DNA from: Octopus vulgaris
Lineage: Eukaryota
Reading direction: 5' to 3'
DNA: 64,000 nucleotides
NCBI GenBank assembly: GCA_951406725.2
Contig: OX597824.1
Span: forward strand, 89,218,001-89,282,000
The notes below the pieces were generated by a model that searched no databases, was not told the origin of the DNA, and saw nothing but the letters and a program-made list of their open reading frames with translations. The position numbers were made by a program, and so were the translations under genes. Below are positions 42,532-56,995 of this stretch, one piece after another. How positions within the stretch are numbered: the first letter of the stretch is position 1; each line of letters starts with the position of its first letter.

Positions 42532-43270
42532 GAAAGAGAGGGAGAGAGAACGAAGTGAGGAGAGGAGAAAGTGTGAGAGAAAACGAGTGTTGAAAATAAA
42601 AAAAGAAAGCTATGAAAATGTCGTTTGAAATTTAGAAACGTAAATTTGTTAATAGTTAATTAAATGTAACCAGAGGCGAGAAGCCAGCGCAGAAAGAAAT
42701 CGTTTGTTTATGTATTAGCGAGGAAGAGATGCAGTAAGTATTTACAATATCCACAAATAGCGTTATATGAATTTCTATGTTGTCTTGTAATAGTGAGATA
42801 TAATGGGGTATGGGCAAGGCTGTTTGATTAAGATGGCAGCTGCGTAACCGCGTGTTTCTGGGTTCGGCAGCGTGTGCGCTTCCTATTCCTATCGGGGTCC
42901 ATAATAGACAACAACAAGGTTGCAAATGTTGAAACAGAAGACGCATACAAACCCCCATCACACATAAAAAAAAACACAATGAAACTAGGATAGGACCCAG
43001 CATACGAGAAGCAATGAAACTACCAAAGGATACAAAACTCAAGAAACAAACAAGGCGTTGCAGCAAATTGAAAATCAGACATCGAGGGAAAGGAGCAAAA
43101 ATCCCAAAGAATTATGATCTTGGGCGATGGCGTGGCTGTGTGGTAAGAAGCTTGCTTCCCAACCACATAGTCCATGGTTCAGTTCCACTGTGTGGCACCT
43201 TGGGCCTATGTCTCCTACTATAGCCTCGGAACGACCAAAGCCTTGTGACAGAAACTGAAAGAAGCCCACC

Positions 43271-43321
<51 letters not shown>

Positions 43322-43626
43322 TAGATAGATACTCCAAACATGAAAACACAAAGAGAGAACACAACACGAGGACGTGGAACAAGTATAGTGTAATTGAAAC
43401 AGCCGTAAGTGATAAGGATCGATTTGTTGTTGATAATAAACTCTTATTAACTTCACAATCTCCATTTTCCTTCTTCATTTATATGAATACGAATTACAGG
43501 TCTTTATATATATACCTAATATTTTAAGGAAATCAATTTCGCGCAAAGTATTTGTTATTGATCCAATATTTCCTTGGATGACACCATCTCTTCATGAGGC
43601 TAACATAACCGTTAATTGAATGTGTG

Positions 43627-43688
<62 letters not shown>

Positions 43689-44134
43689 TACATATATACA
43701 TTCATTTAAAGGTTATGTTAACCTCATGAAGAGATGGTTTGATCCCCTCCATTTTCTTATTGCTGTATAAATTAAGAGAAAACTTTTTACCTTCACCCAT
43801 TTATTACATTCTGTAGTGTAATTGCCATGCAATGAAAAAAAAAAAAACACTCGTGTATCAATAATTGGGTATTCTACCAGCAGTATATTGGATAGATATT
43901 ATCCCTTGGTTGGTTGGATTCACAACCTCTAACTCTCTTGGAATTATATATATATATAAAACCAGTGTCGGTGTATTAACCTTCCTGTTCGGCAAAAGAA
44001 ATCAATAGAACAAGTAGCAGGCTTTAAAAATTTACATACTGGGGTCGATTCATTCGACAAGAAATTCTTCAAGACGGTGCCCCGGCATAGCCGCAGTCTA
44101 ATGACTGAAACAAGTAAAAGATAAATGAAGATCA

Positions 44135-44545
44135 TTACGTTCTGAGTTCAAATTCCGCCGAGGTCGACTTTGCCTTTCAACCTTTCGGGGGTCGATAACT
44201 TAAGTACCTATTTCTTTACTACGCTCAAGGGGCTAAACACAGAGAGGACAAACAAGGACAGACAAACGGATTAAGTCGATTACATCGACCCCAGTGCATA
44301 ACTGGTACTTAATTTATCGACCCCGAAAGGATGAAAGGCAAAGTGGACCTCGGCGGAATTTGAACTCAGAACGTAACGACAGACGAAATACGGCTACGCA
44401 TTTCGCCCGGCGTGCTAGCGTTTCTGCCAGTTCGCCGCCTTACCAACTTAAATACATAAGTACCAGTTGCGTACTGGGGTCGATCTAATCACCTGGCCCT
44501 CTCCTCAAAAATTTCGGGCCTTTTGCCTAGAGTAGAAAAGAATAC
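44135..44545. mobile_element. SINE-A (-, 44208-44441) inserted antisense into another SINE-A (+)
   Basis: Host core interrupted at taagtac; imperfect TSD aacttaagtac / aacttaaatac. Confidence 0.88.
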
Positions 44546-44640
44546 CACTTTCAACCGAAATAAAAGAATAGCAACAAAAAAAAAGGATGAAAAGAATGTT
44601 CATTTTTTGTGTGTGCTTGTGTGTGTGTGTGTGCATGTAA

Positions 44641-44704
<64 letters not shown>

Positions 44705-45157
44705 CTATGATTTCGGTGGTGTTGTGAAAGCTTTTTGTTGAAGAATTCAACTGAGAGAAAGAAAGCAAAGGAGGAAAAGGATGAAAGAGAATTCATTAGA
44801 ATTCATTGAAGTTGATTAAAATCTGGTCCACAGTAAGAAGGAATTGATAAAGAAAATTCCACCAAATCTGGAAGAAATATATACAAAAAATGCAAAAAGA
44901 AAAGAAAACAAGAAAAACCACTTCCACGTATTGTCAGAGTAAAATCCAATAACAATTGTTCGTAACTAGTCAGAAAAAAACCTGTTCTTTAGTGGGTACC
45001 CACCCTCACTTCTCGGCTGGTACTCTATTTAATTGACTCCAAAACGACAAAAAGTACAGAGAAGAGAATTTCAGTTTAGATTTTAAATATTTCTAGAAGG
45101 AACAAAGCATTTTGTTTTGCAACCATAATATACTACAAGTATATTAAAGGTTTATTG

Positions 45158-45389
45158 TAAGGCGGCGAGCTGGCAGAACCGTTAGCGCGCCGGGCGAAAT
45201 CCGTAGCCGTATTTCGTCTGTCGTTACGTTCTGAGTTCAAATTCCTCCGAGGTCGACTTTGCCTTTCATCCTTTCGGGGTCGATAAATTAAGTACCAGTT
45301 ACGCACCGGGGTTGATATAATCGATTTAATCTGTCTGTCTGTCCTTGTTTGTCCCCTCTGTGTTTAGCCCCTTGTGGGTAATAAAGAAA
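45158..45389 (+). mobile_element. SINE-A with TSD
   Basis: tatattaaaggttt on both flanks. Confidence 0.92.
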
Positions 45390-45805
45390 CATATATTAAA
45401 GGTTTTCACAAGTCAATATTGTGCCTTACTTTTAGCAGTGCCATGTTCTCGTTTTTATGTTTATCATTTTATGCTTACACACTTTCAAAAGAATCTAGAG
45501 CCAGCACCGAATGTTGCGACTTTTCGTATACGAATACGTCGATGTATACAATATACACCCATTACCTAATAATAATAATAATGATGATGATGATGATTTA
45601 AGTAAAAGCCCAACAATATTGAAGAGAAGGGTTTTAGAAGAATCCTATACTTGACTGTGACTTTATTTGTCGACCCCGAAAGGATGAGAAGATGAGTTGA
45701 CTTTGACGGGATTTGAACCCAATGACGAGTGTTCCGTTTCTCCAACAAGCTGAACCGTTTGAACCGAATTCCATATTTTGTTATAGTAATAGTACTTTAA
45801 AAATG

Positions 45806-46124
45806 ACTCCGCCGGTTACGACGACGAGGGTCCCAGCTGATACGATCAACGGAACAGCTTGCTCGTGAAATTAACGTGCAAATGGCTGAGCATTCCACAG
45901 ACACGTGTACCCTTAACGTAGTTCTCGGGGATAATCAGCGTGACACAGAGAGTGACAAAGGCTGACCCTTTGAAATACAAGTACAACTCATTTTTGCCAG
46001 CTGAGTGGACTGGAGCAACGTGAAATAAAGTGTCTTGCTCAAGGACACAACGCGTCGCCGGGAATCGAACTCACAACCTTACGATCATGAGCCGAATGCC
46101 CTAACCACTAAGCCACGCGCCCTC
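45806..46124 (-). mobile_element. SINE-D (CORE-type, OR2-like) full length
   Basis: gagggcgcgtggcttagtggttaggg head, gagttcgattccc B box, CORE-like segment; gtaatagtact on both flanks. Confidence 0.9.
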
Positions 46125-47459
46125 ACGAGTAATAGTACTAGAATGTGAGTAATAGTACTCACATTCCCCCCTCTTAAATTTTTTTCCCTTCTTAAATTAA
46201 CAAAAAATCTAAAAAATTACAATGTATGTAAAAAATCAAATCTTCGAATTGCTAACATCGTCGCATGGAGATGAGCATATAAACATGTATGTGTGTGTGT
46301 GTATGTGTCTGTGTTTGTCACCGCATACTGCTTGACAACCGATGCTGGTTTGTTTGCCTCACCGTAACTTAACGCTTCGACAAAAGAGAACGATGCAAAC
46401 AGTACAAGGCGTTAACAAAAAATAAGTACTGGGGTCGATTAGTTGTCCCAGCACTGCCGCGGTTCCATGGAGAATGAATAAAATGATAAAGATAGGAATC
46501 AAATATCGCATCGCATTTAAACAACACTCAACGTAATATACATTCAGACGGTGCAATACACACTATAAGCCGTACACTATAACATATACAGCACGACATA
46601 CCCAAATGTACAGCGCCCAAATACACTCACACACACACATGCAATTCAACGCAATGCAAAACATCCACGCAGTAGAGAGCAACTAAGTGCGATAAGATCT
46701 TATAGACCGACATACGAAGATGTTAAAATGAAGAGGAAAAAATAAACAAACCGTGGATCTATTATTTTCAGATCTGCCATAATTGTTTCAGTGAAAAAAA
46801 ACAACGAAAATTAAAATAAAAATGGAAAATGAGAAAATTCTAAACAATTAAAGAGGAGAAACGAGAAAACAAAAATAATTTAACAAAAAGCAGACGATAA
46901 AGAACTGTATAAAAGCAGACGATAAAGAACTATACAAATGATTGAAACAGACGTTTATGGAAGAAGAAAGCAAATGGCTGCGGCAGACGTTAATGTTAAT
47001 ACAGGTTATTAGTGAATAAATGACATGATATCGTAAAATTTATTGTCTACACACCCTAACTAGTTTTCTGTTTTATTTTAACATATTTGGCATATATACA
47101 TATTAGTTATTTATTCGCTGGTTTTACTTGTTTGCAGTCGCTGTTCTGTTTTTATGTTAACATGCATAAATATTTAATAAAAACATATGCAAAAGATACT
47201 GCTGTGTACAAGTGTGTGTGATTGTTTGTATGTATTATCTAAACAGACAATAAGTGAGAGTTAGATATGCTCTCAGTACAGAAAACATGTAGTAGTGCTT
47301 AAATGAATTTGAGCTTAAACTTTCAATTCTTTGTCCAGTACAAAGTCCACGGCATCAACAAGTGTGGATATAAGAGACATCCAAGAAACACTCTCTTCCT
47401 AATTATCTCCTATACAGCCCCAGAACAGCTAGGCTCTCTTACCTCAGAGAAGACCTGGA

Positions 47460-47850
47460 TGGAAAGTACTCAGCATACAAAAAAGAGACTATGCATGGGT
47501 GTGTTGCCCGGGAGTTTGAAGAAGACAGTCGACTTGACACGAAGCGCAGCTTCTCTGGGATACAAGACCACTACATCACATCACACTTTGAAGACTAAGT
47601 GTTTGCAATCGAGGAACAGGAGATTGCCACAAAGTACCTGGTGAACAAGAGAGACAATGACGCCCTTGTAATCCCAAGGTGCAACCGCATGTGTAGGCTA
47701 TGCTATGTTTCTGTGGAAGACATCACGCATGTGATTAGCAGTTGTCCTAAAATGTTGTCAAGGCATTACCTCCCTAAGCGGCACGATGTTGTCGCTAAAA
47801 CAATTTTACAATGTTATCCGCAAAAATGACTGTCCTGAATTAAACTTAGA
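47460..47850 (+). mobile_element. R4/Dong LINE zinc-knuckle fragment
   Basis: FAIEEQEIATKYL...CRLCYVSVEDITHVISSCPKMLSRHYLPKRHDVVAK (CCHC). Confidence 0.85.
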
Positions 47851-48531
47851 AAATCCCTTTGTGCCTATAGTAGAAAGGATTATTAATCAATTAATTAACA
47901 TTTAACCTATTAACTAATCCAGTATTTGATTAATCGTTCGGTTTATCAATCACTAAGCAAAAGCACTAACAGCAGTATCACCACCACCACTATCCCGTCA
48001 CTATCGCTAGCAACACTGCTACCACCACTAACACACTCACCACCACCACCACTAGCATCACCAACACCACCATCACTACCAGCACCAACCCCATCGAGAA
48101 CACCACCAACAACAATTTATGACAACCTTCAATCGTAACCCTGAATAAAACTCCAAATTGGCAAAACCCTTTTTTTAAAAGCCTCCTTAGTTCCCACTTC
48201 AGAACGCAAAAGAAAGAGGTGTGAGGTGAGGTAGGGATAAATAAAGGGCCTTTTTTTTTTTTTGTTTGTCTTAAGCAGCTGTTAATATTCCATGTGCCAC
48301 TTCACAGAAGTGAACTGTCTACATATTCGAAATAATGAAACCTCAAAATGTGCGCTCGAACACAAATAAAAGCACTCGGAATTTTCTAGATTACATCAAA
48401 TGAACGGCTTTGCGTATCTTAATTAAGTCTCACCAAATCAACACTACAGAACTCATCATCTCCCCTACTTTATCTTGTGGGCGATATAAACGATTTCTGC
48501 TCCTTAAAAAAGAAAAAAAAAAAAGGGAGTT

Positions 48532-49200
<669 letters not shown>

Positions 49201-49499
49201 AAGAGATTGCTGTTTTCTGCCTCCCTCTCATGTTGCTCAAACTAAGTACTTCGGCGCCCGGTGGTGGTCCACAGGCAAAACATGCACCCTCTATTTGAGC
49301 ACGGTTTGTATATAATCACATATTTATACCTCCACATGCACAGGGATGTAAGCTACTCGCACATGCGTTTACCGAACGCAAATGTATACCCATGTATGTG
49401 GCTGTATATCCTATGTATGTGCCTGATGATGTGTGAAATCTTTGTGCGTATGTAAAAGTCTACGTTCGTGCGCGTGTGTGAAAGAGAGAGGGAGAGAGA

Positions 49500-49544
<45 letters not shown>

Positions 49545-49554
49545 TTATATAAGG

Positions 49555-50180
49555 GAGATTAGCTTAAGGTGACCCGCTCTACGCGCGGCTAAGGGTGTGG
49601 CTGTTACTTTCTGTTGCTTCCTTTCTGTTTCTTATCGCCACATTCTCCCTCTTTGAGTCTCTCTCCTTTCTCTCTCACTTTCCCACTCTCTTACTCTCCC
49701 TTTCTCTCGGACTCTCCCTAGATTTCTCTTGCTCTCTACCTTTATCTCTATCCCATCGATAAAATAACTTTGCGGTTCGCCAAGCGTGATCGATAAAATA
49801 ACTTAGAGGTTCGCCAAGCGTGACTGATAAAATAACTTAGCGGTTCGCTAAACATGTTCGATAAAATAACTTAGCGGTTCGCCAAAGGGGAGCGATAAAA
49901 TAAATTAGTGTTCACCAAAGGAGATCAATAAATTAACTTAGCGGTTCGCCAAAGGTGAAGGATAAAATTATTTTATCGGCGGACTTGTTTCCTGTCATCG
50001 CTGATGATCCGCGATACAGTGAAATCTCGTGATATGGTAGTGCCACCCGCCTCTGCACTGATGGAATTTCGTCAACTGATGACAGAATTTCGATGCTTTT
50101 TAGCATTTCTCATCTACATGAAATGGATTTTCGGGACCTTTACAGAAGTCTAAGGCGTTATAAGTAACACATCCAAGTTA
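49555..50180 (-). mobile_element. Probable non-autonomous Helitron-like element carrying a minisatellite
   Basis: Terminal ttag...gacccgctctacgcgcggcta hairpin resembles the 9953 end; far boundary uncertain. Confidence 0.4.
49757..49977. repeat. 34 bp minisatellite, 6 units
   Basis: cgataaaataacttagcggttcgccaa+7 nt at 49757, 49791, 49825, 49859, 49893, 49926. Confidence 0.95.
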
Positions 50181-50237
50181 GGCTGGATGACTTAACTTCT
50201 CTTTACAAAAGCTGCTCCTGTAGTTAATGTGTGTGTG

Positions 50238-50292
<55 letters not shown>

Positions 50293-50334
50293 TAGAGAGA
50301 GAGAGAGAGAAAGAGAGAGAGAGTAAGAGAGAGT

Positions 50335-50374
<40 letters not shown>

Positions 50375-50697
50375 GCATACATGCGAGCTTGTGTTTAAAT
50401 TTATATAGTAGGAATTTATGAAAATTAGTCTAAATGGATATTTCAAATAAGAAATCACCACCACCGCCTCCGCCATCGCCGCCACCACTATCACCACCAC
50501 CACCACCATGACTACCAGCACCTCCACAGCCTCTCCTTAGTCGCTGGGGGAACAAGTGACGTCAAGTGCTATTCCACGAGACTTCAATGAAGTTTATAGT
50601 TTGTTAGGTGAGACAATTCTGAATGGAATGAAACCGCTGCGGACTTAACTTCATGTTTATATAACAGAATGCAGGAAAAATCCTCTTCTTGTACGTA

Positions 50698-50860
50698 GGC
50701 GTAGGAGTGGCTGTGTGGTAAGTAGCTTGCTTACCAACCACATAGTTCCGGGTTCAGTCCCACTGCGTGGCATTTGGGTAAGTGTCTTCTACTATAGCCT
50801 CGGGCCGACCAAAGCCTTGTGAGTGGATTTGATAGACGGAAACTGAAAGAAGCCCGTCGT

Positions 50861-50942
<82 letters not shown>

Positions 50943-51160
50943 GCGTGTTTGTGTGTCTGTGTTTGTCCCCCCAACATCGCTTGACAACTGATGCTGGTGT
51001 GTTTACGTCCCCGTAACTTAGCGGTTCGGCAAAAAAGACACCGATAAAATAAGTACTAAGGCTTACAGGGAATACGTCCTGGGGTCGATTTGATCGACTA
51101 AAGGCGGTGCTCCAGCATGGCCACAGTCACATGACTGAAACAAGTAAAAGAGTAAAGAGA
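50698..51160 (+). mobile_element. SINE-B full length
   Basis: ggcgtaggagtggctgtgtggtaag head to gaaacaagtaaaagag tail. Confidence 0.92.
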
Positions 51161-51714
51161 AAGAGAGAGTTGTACGTGGCATTCATTTTGTTGTTTATGT
51201 TGTTCTTGTTGTTTAATGCCAGGTCGTTCCTCCTTGAACGCACCCATCATCCTAAGCATTTTAAACGCATCCTTCCCTCTTCTCTATTCAGGTATCAAGT
51301 ATCAAACCTGCGTTATCCTTAAATGTTTTAAGACGATGTGGAGTGAAGGGGTGATGATTTAAACAAAATTTCGCTGCTTCTTCTAGCAAGTCCTGAGACC
51401 ATGTATAAGTCCCCTTGTTGGCTCACCCGAATAAGGGTGGGTCTTTTCATCAGGGACTGGGAAAACTGGACCTTCTGCTTTTACAGTTCCATTTGTATTT
51501 TACTTGTGTCTATCACTGGACTCTGGCCGGGCTTGGACAGTGTCTTGAGTGGTTTAGTCGAACAAGCCGACGCCAATTCCTACTTTTAAGCCCGCTTCTT
51601 ATTCTACCGGTCTCCTTACAGGGACCTAAACAAACCAACAACGGCTTTCGAACGGTGTAGTGGAACAAACACAAGGTCATACAAGCTTATATATATATAC
51701 ATATATATTTTTTC

Positions 51715-51915
51715 GGTCCGGCCTTCGCCATGATAGATCGCTAGCCACTACGCATTCTTTATTTTCTCTCCTTGTTTCTTTCTGTGTCACTTTCTGTGGA
51801 AGAGCGTAGGTTCGAAACGTTAAAGACTTTTTCATTTCCCGAGCATTAAACTAATACATCTGTTTGTTGTCTACACCACCCATCTTCGTCTTTTGCTTTA
51901 TTTGTGTGAATTCTC

Positions 51916-51920
<5 letters not shown>
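51715..51920 (+). mobile_element. (TA)n-embedded pLTR-like element with atypical hammerhead core
   Basis: CUUU CUGUGGAAGA GC guag GU uc GAAAC GUU AAAG at 51790-51825. Confidence 0.5.
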
Positions 51921-51968
<48 letters not shown>

Positions 51969-52033
51969 TAATCATATAATCATATAATCAGAAACATATA
52001 TATATATATATATTTTCTATCTATCTGTATGCG

Positions 52034-52073
<40 letters not shown>

Positions 52074-52762
52074 CGACGTCGGGCTTCCACACAATTTCCA
52101 TCTTCCAAATTCACTCACATGTCCTCTATACGCTAGTGATTGCTATGACCGTTAAATGTAAATAGGTTCCCAGTGTGATCCGTATGAAAGGCGCTACGGT
52201 AGAGATTGGATTACTCGGTTCACTGCCATTAGATTCAGCATCCCGTATCTTCATGCGTTCCTATATATCCAGCTTACTTTCCATTCACAGTTGTGCGACC
52301 AATCAGAAACAGCAGCATAATAGTATATGTGTACGTGCGTGTATGTAAGTGTGTATGTGTGCGTGTATGTGTATGTGTGTGTATGTAACAAAAGAAAACA
52401 AGTGTGAAAGTGAAAAGAAAATTTAATATTTCTGCATGGTTACAACCGTTTCGTAATTTACTCTACGTTACATCGTTAACTTCGACGTGTTGCTACATAT
52501 ACAATATGCATTCAGCAAACACACTCTCCATATATCTCTGAATATATATATGCACACACAACATTATACAATGCAATGTTTATTTATTTTCTTTTGTTTA
52601 TTTTACACTCCACACTGAGAACATTACTATTAGTTTATCCTGGATTCTCTGTTGTATAGTCAGATTAAATTACATCGTAATTTAATTACTGTGTAATAGC
52701 CAGTCCCTCAGCTGGAAAGCTCTCCGTGAGTTCCATTTGATTCTCCGAATAAATTTTTCTAC

Positions 52763-52818
<56 letters not shown>

Positions 52819-52944
52819 TATGTGTGTATTGTTCCTTAAATGTTTTGTTTAGGGTTTTATATTTCAAAATATTTAGTGTAATTAGATACTTCTGTTATGT
52901 TACTATTATATTTTAAAATTTCATGTCATAACTACATTACTATC

Positions 52945-53139
<195 letters not shown>

Positions 53140-53936
53140 ACGTTGTTCTGCAGATTTCGCAAAACTTCGAACAAAATACGATTCATATTTATTACTACGA
53201 CTGAGACCAAAAGAGTTTACCACCATTAAAGAACTGTTGGAACAATCACAGAAAGACTCTGAAGTCGGCTGTTAGATTAACTTCCTTGAATGGCGTCTAA
53301 AAGACAGAATCGTCTCTGACACGATTAGAAACCCCCAATCGTCCAAAGAATTTCGCTCACCCAGCATTTCTCTTCACTGGCTTTCACAATTTACTGAATT
53401 GCCATTTTCCTCGGAGTACACATATCATCCAAACCTGACACTTATACCGTAGAATGTATTCCGTGAACCGATATTTTAACGCCTTTACACAAGTAGTAAT
53501 TAAAAAATCCCATGAAATGCACTTGTTCTTTGAAGCCCTTGAAAAGGAGGATTTAACTAGAAATATAAGGTCTAATTAAATATTTCTTAGCTTTTATCTC
53601 ATGTGATCTTTGTTACCATTACTTTTTTAATAGCTGTAAATTACATCGTAATTTAATTACTGTGTAATAGCCAGTCCCTCAGCTGGAATACTTTCCGTGA
53701 TTTCCACTTGATTCTCCGAATACAATTTCTACTTCACACACACACACACAACACTTTTGTGTGTGTGTGTATTGTTCCTTAAAAGTTTTGTTTAAGGGTT
53801 TATATTTCAAAATATTCAGTGTAATTAGATACTTCTGTTATGTTACTATTATATTTTAAAATTTCATGTCATAACTACATTGCTATCGTTTATATACATA
53901 TACATACACACACACACACACACACATATATATATG

Positions 53937-54151
53937 TGGCAGAATCGGTTGCAGGCCGGTCGAAATGCATAGCTGTATTTCAAATGCCGTTACGTTCTGA
54001 GATCAAATTCCGCCGAGGTCGACTTTGCCTTTCATCCTTTCGGGGTCGATAAATTAAGTACCAGTTACGCACTGGGGTCGATATAGTCGACTTAATCCGT
54101 TTGTCTGTCCTTGTTTGTCCCCTCTGTCTTTAGCCCCTTGTGGGTAGTAAA

Positions 54152-54154
<3 letters not shown>
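53937..54154 (+). mobile_element. SINE-A present only in duplicate copy 2
   Basis: Body+tail; absent from copy 1. Confidence 0.9.
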
Positions 54155-54192
<38 letters not shown>

Positions 54193-54198
<6 letters not shown>

Positions 54199-54430
54199 AG
54201 GGAAGAAAAGTTTGTGCCATTCCATGGGCTCCTAAGGAGCGTTTTGTTCGAATTGCTTGCTGCGCATTTGTTTGGAGATTTAAATTCCTGGATTTTCCTG
54301 AAGAGAAAGCTGCAAAATGGTCTCCTTATTCAATCCGAATTTGGAAATTTGCGGCCTTTGAAACATATGTAGAAAATAATAAAAGGAATTCTGTAGAATC
54401 TTCGTTCAGCTCCATTTCTTCCCTTCACTA
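54193..54430 (+). mobile_element. 238 bp element with 16 bp inverted termini and a central hammerhead
   Basis: tagtgaagggaagaaa (54193-54208) / tttcttcccttcacta (54415-54430); abuts (TA)n. Confidence 0.8.
54292..54377 (+). ncRNA. Type I hammerhead ribozyme
   Basis: AUUUUC CUGAAGA g AAAG CUGCAAA...UUUGCGG c CUUU GAAAC auau GU A GAAAAU; palindromic stem III. Confidence 0.8.
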
Positions 54431-54581
54431 AATATATTAAACTTCAATTATCCGCGCTAAGGCACGGTTGCGACACCCCATGGTCGTAACTTCAACCGTG
54501 TTTTTTCTGTTGTGATTTTTGCTACCCAGGTATCGGTTAAATTTTGAATAATCCGTAACAAGATAATTCATTTATCCATTT

Positions 54582-54633
<52 letters not shown>

Positions 54634-54655
54634 TTATTTATTTAATATTTATATA

Positions 54656-54697
<42 letters not shown>

Positions 54698-55629
54698 ACG
54701 TTGTTATTCTGCAGATTTCGCAAAACATCGAACAAAATACGATTCATATTTATTACTACGACTGAGACCAAAACAGTTTACCACCATTAAAGAACTGTTG
54801 GAACAATCACAGAAAGACTCTGAAGTCGGCTGTTAGATTAATTTCCTTGAATGGCGTCTAAAAGACAGAATCGTCCCTGACACGATTAGAAACCTCCAAT
54901 CGTCCAAAGAATTTCGCTCACCCAGCATTTCTCTTCACTGGCTTTCACAATTTACTGAATTGCCATTTTCCTCGGAGTACACGTATTATCCAAACCTGAC
55001 ACTTATACCGTAGAATGCATTCCGTGAACCGACATTTTAACGCCTTTACAAAAGTGGTAATTAAAAAATCCCATGAAATGCACTTGTTCTTTGAAGCCCT
55101 TGAAAAGGAGGTTTTAACTCGAAATATAAAGGTCTAATTAAATATTTCTTAGCTTTTATCTTATGTGATCTTTGTTAACATTATTTTTTTAATAGCTGAT
55201 CTTCTATCTACATTGCTATCGGCTTCTATAAAACACTGATTTTATATTTCAGATTACACTTAAATCTAAGAAAAATATTTTAAACAAAAGAAGCGAAATA
55301 CTGAAGATGGGGGTCCATCGGATGTTTAGATAACAGTATCAACAAAATCAGCATGTATTTATGAAGAAATAACTTAACGTACATCCATATCAATATGAAT
55401 CGTCACGCATGCGTACATTCACACACAAACACATTGTGCACACAAACACACGGTATATATATATATATATATATATATACGTGCGTGTACAAATGCATGT
55501 GTATGTGTATATGCGCGTGCTTGCTTTTGTGATGTGTTAAAACACGTGTTCAGGATAATTCTTTATTGTCTCTCGCCCTTTATTTTTGTTTAAACAATAT
55601 TTAGCCATCACGGTTGTCTTCGTCGTCAA

Positions 55630-55674
55630 CACTACCACCACCACCACCACCACACCGCCGCCACCACCACCACC

Positions 55675-55726
<52 letters not shown>

Positions 55727-55860
55727 ACATCACCATCATCACCATCATCATCAGCACCAGCATCATCATCATCATCATCATCATCATCACCATCATCACC
55801 ATCATCACCATCATCATGATCACCATCATCATCACCATCATCACCACCACCACCACCACC

Positions 55861-55894
<34 letters not shown>

Positions 55895-55926
55895 TCATCA
55901 TCACCACCACCATCCACACCACCACC

Positions 55927-55975
<49 letters not shown>

Positions 55976-56047
55976 CCATCATCATCACCATCATCATCAC
56001 CACCACCATCAACCACCACCTCCACCACCACCACCACCACCACCACC

Positions 56048-56093
<46 letters not shown>

Positions 56094-56260
56094 CCATCAT
56101 CACCACCATCATCATCATCATCATCATCACCACCACCACCACCACCACCACCACCACCACCACCACACTATCATCATCATCATCACCATCACCATCATCA
56201 CCACCACCACCACCACCACCACCACCACCACCACCACCACCACCATCATCATCATCATGA
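55630..56260. repeat. Compound (CAC/CAT)n repeat
   Basis: Direct reading. Confidence 0.95.
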
Positions 56261-56539
56261 GAAACTTTATCAGATAATGCATTGTTTGTTTTTTCAATTA
56301 CTTCTAAGTCTTGGCCCCACATTTCCTTATCAGTGCTTAACAATCTTGGCCTGCACCCTCACTCTTCGTGTTAACATCCTCATATATTCCAACTATAAAT
56401 AATAGCCTTTGTTGTTTTTGCTACTACTACTACTACTACTACTGCTGCTGTTGTCGGTGACTTTTATTATTATTATCATAGTTATTTTTATAAGAAAAGA
56501 TCATACAAGCCGACTAACCTCCACCCTTCATGGCCTTGT

Positions 56540-56740
56540 TCCAGCAGAATCATCGGACAAAGTTGCTGAATGGCATTTCGTCCGGCTCTTTACGTTCTGA
56601 GTTCAAATATCGCCGTGGTCGACTTTACCATTCATCCTTTCGGGGTCAATAAATTAAGTACCAGTCAAGAATTAGCGGTCTATGTAATGGACTTACCCCA
56701 CCTCCTCAAAAATTGCTGGCCCTGTGCCAAAAATTGAAAC

Positions 56741-56798
<58 letters not shown>

Positions 56799-56814
56799 GT
56801 AGTTGTTGTTGTTG

Positions 56815-56858
<44 letters not shown>

Positions 56859-56877
56859 GTTGTTGTTGTTGTTGTTG

Positions 56878-56935
<58 letters not shown>

Positions 56936-56948
56936 GGTTATTATTATG

Positions 56949-56994
<46 letters not shown>

Positions 56995-56995
56995 G
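56540..56995 (+). mobile_element. Old SINE-A variant followed by long (ATT/GTT)n
   Basis: gttctgagttcaaat, cattcatcctttcggggtcaataaattaagtacc, tail gctggccctgtgccaaaaattgaaac. Confidence 0.75.

Noticed and set aside
49757-49977. CRISPR-like array
   Set aside because: Variable parts are only ~7 nt and related to each other; no cas genes; eukaryotic context
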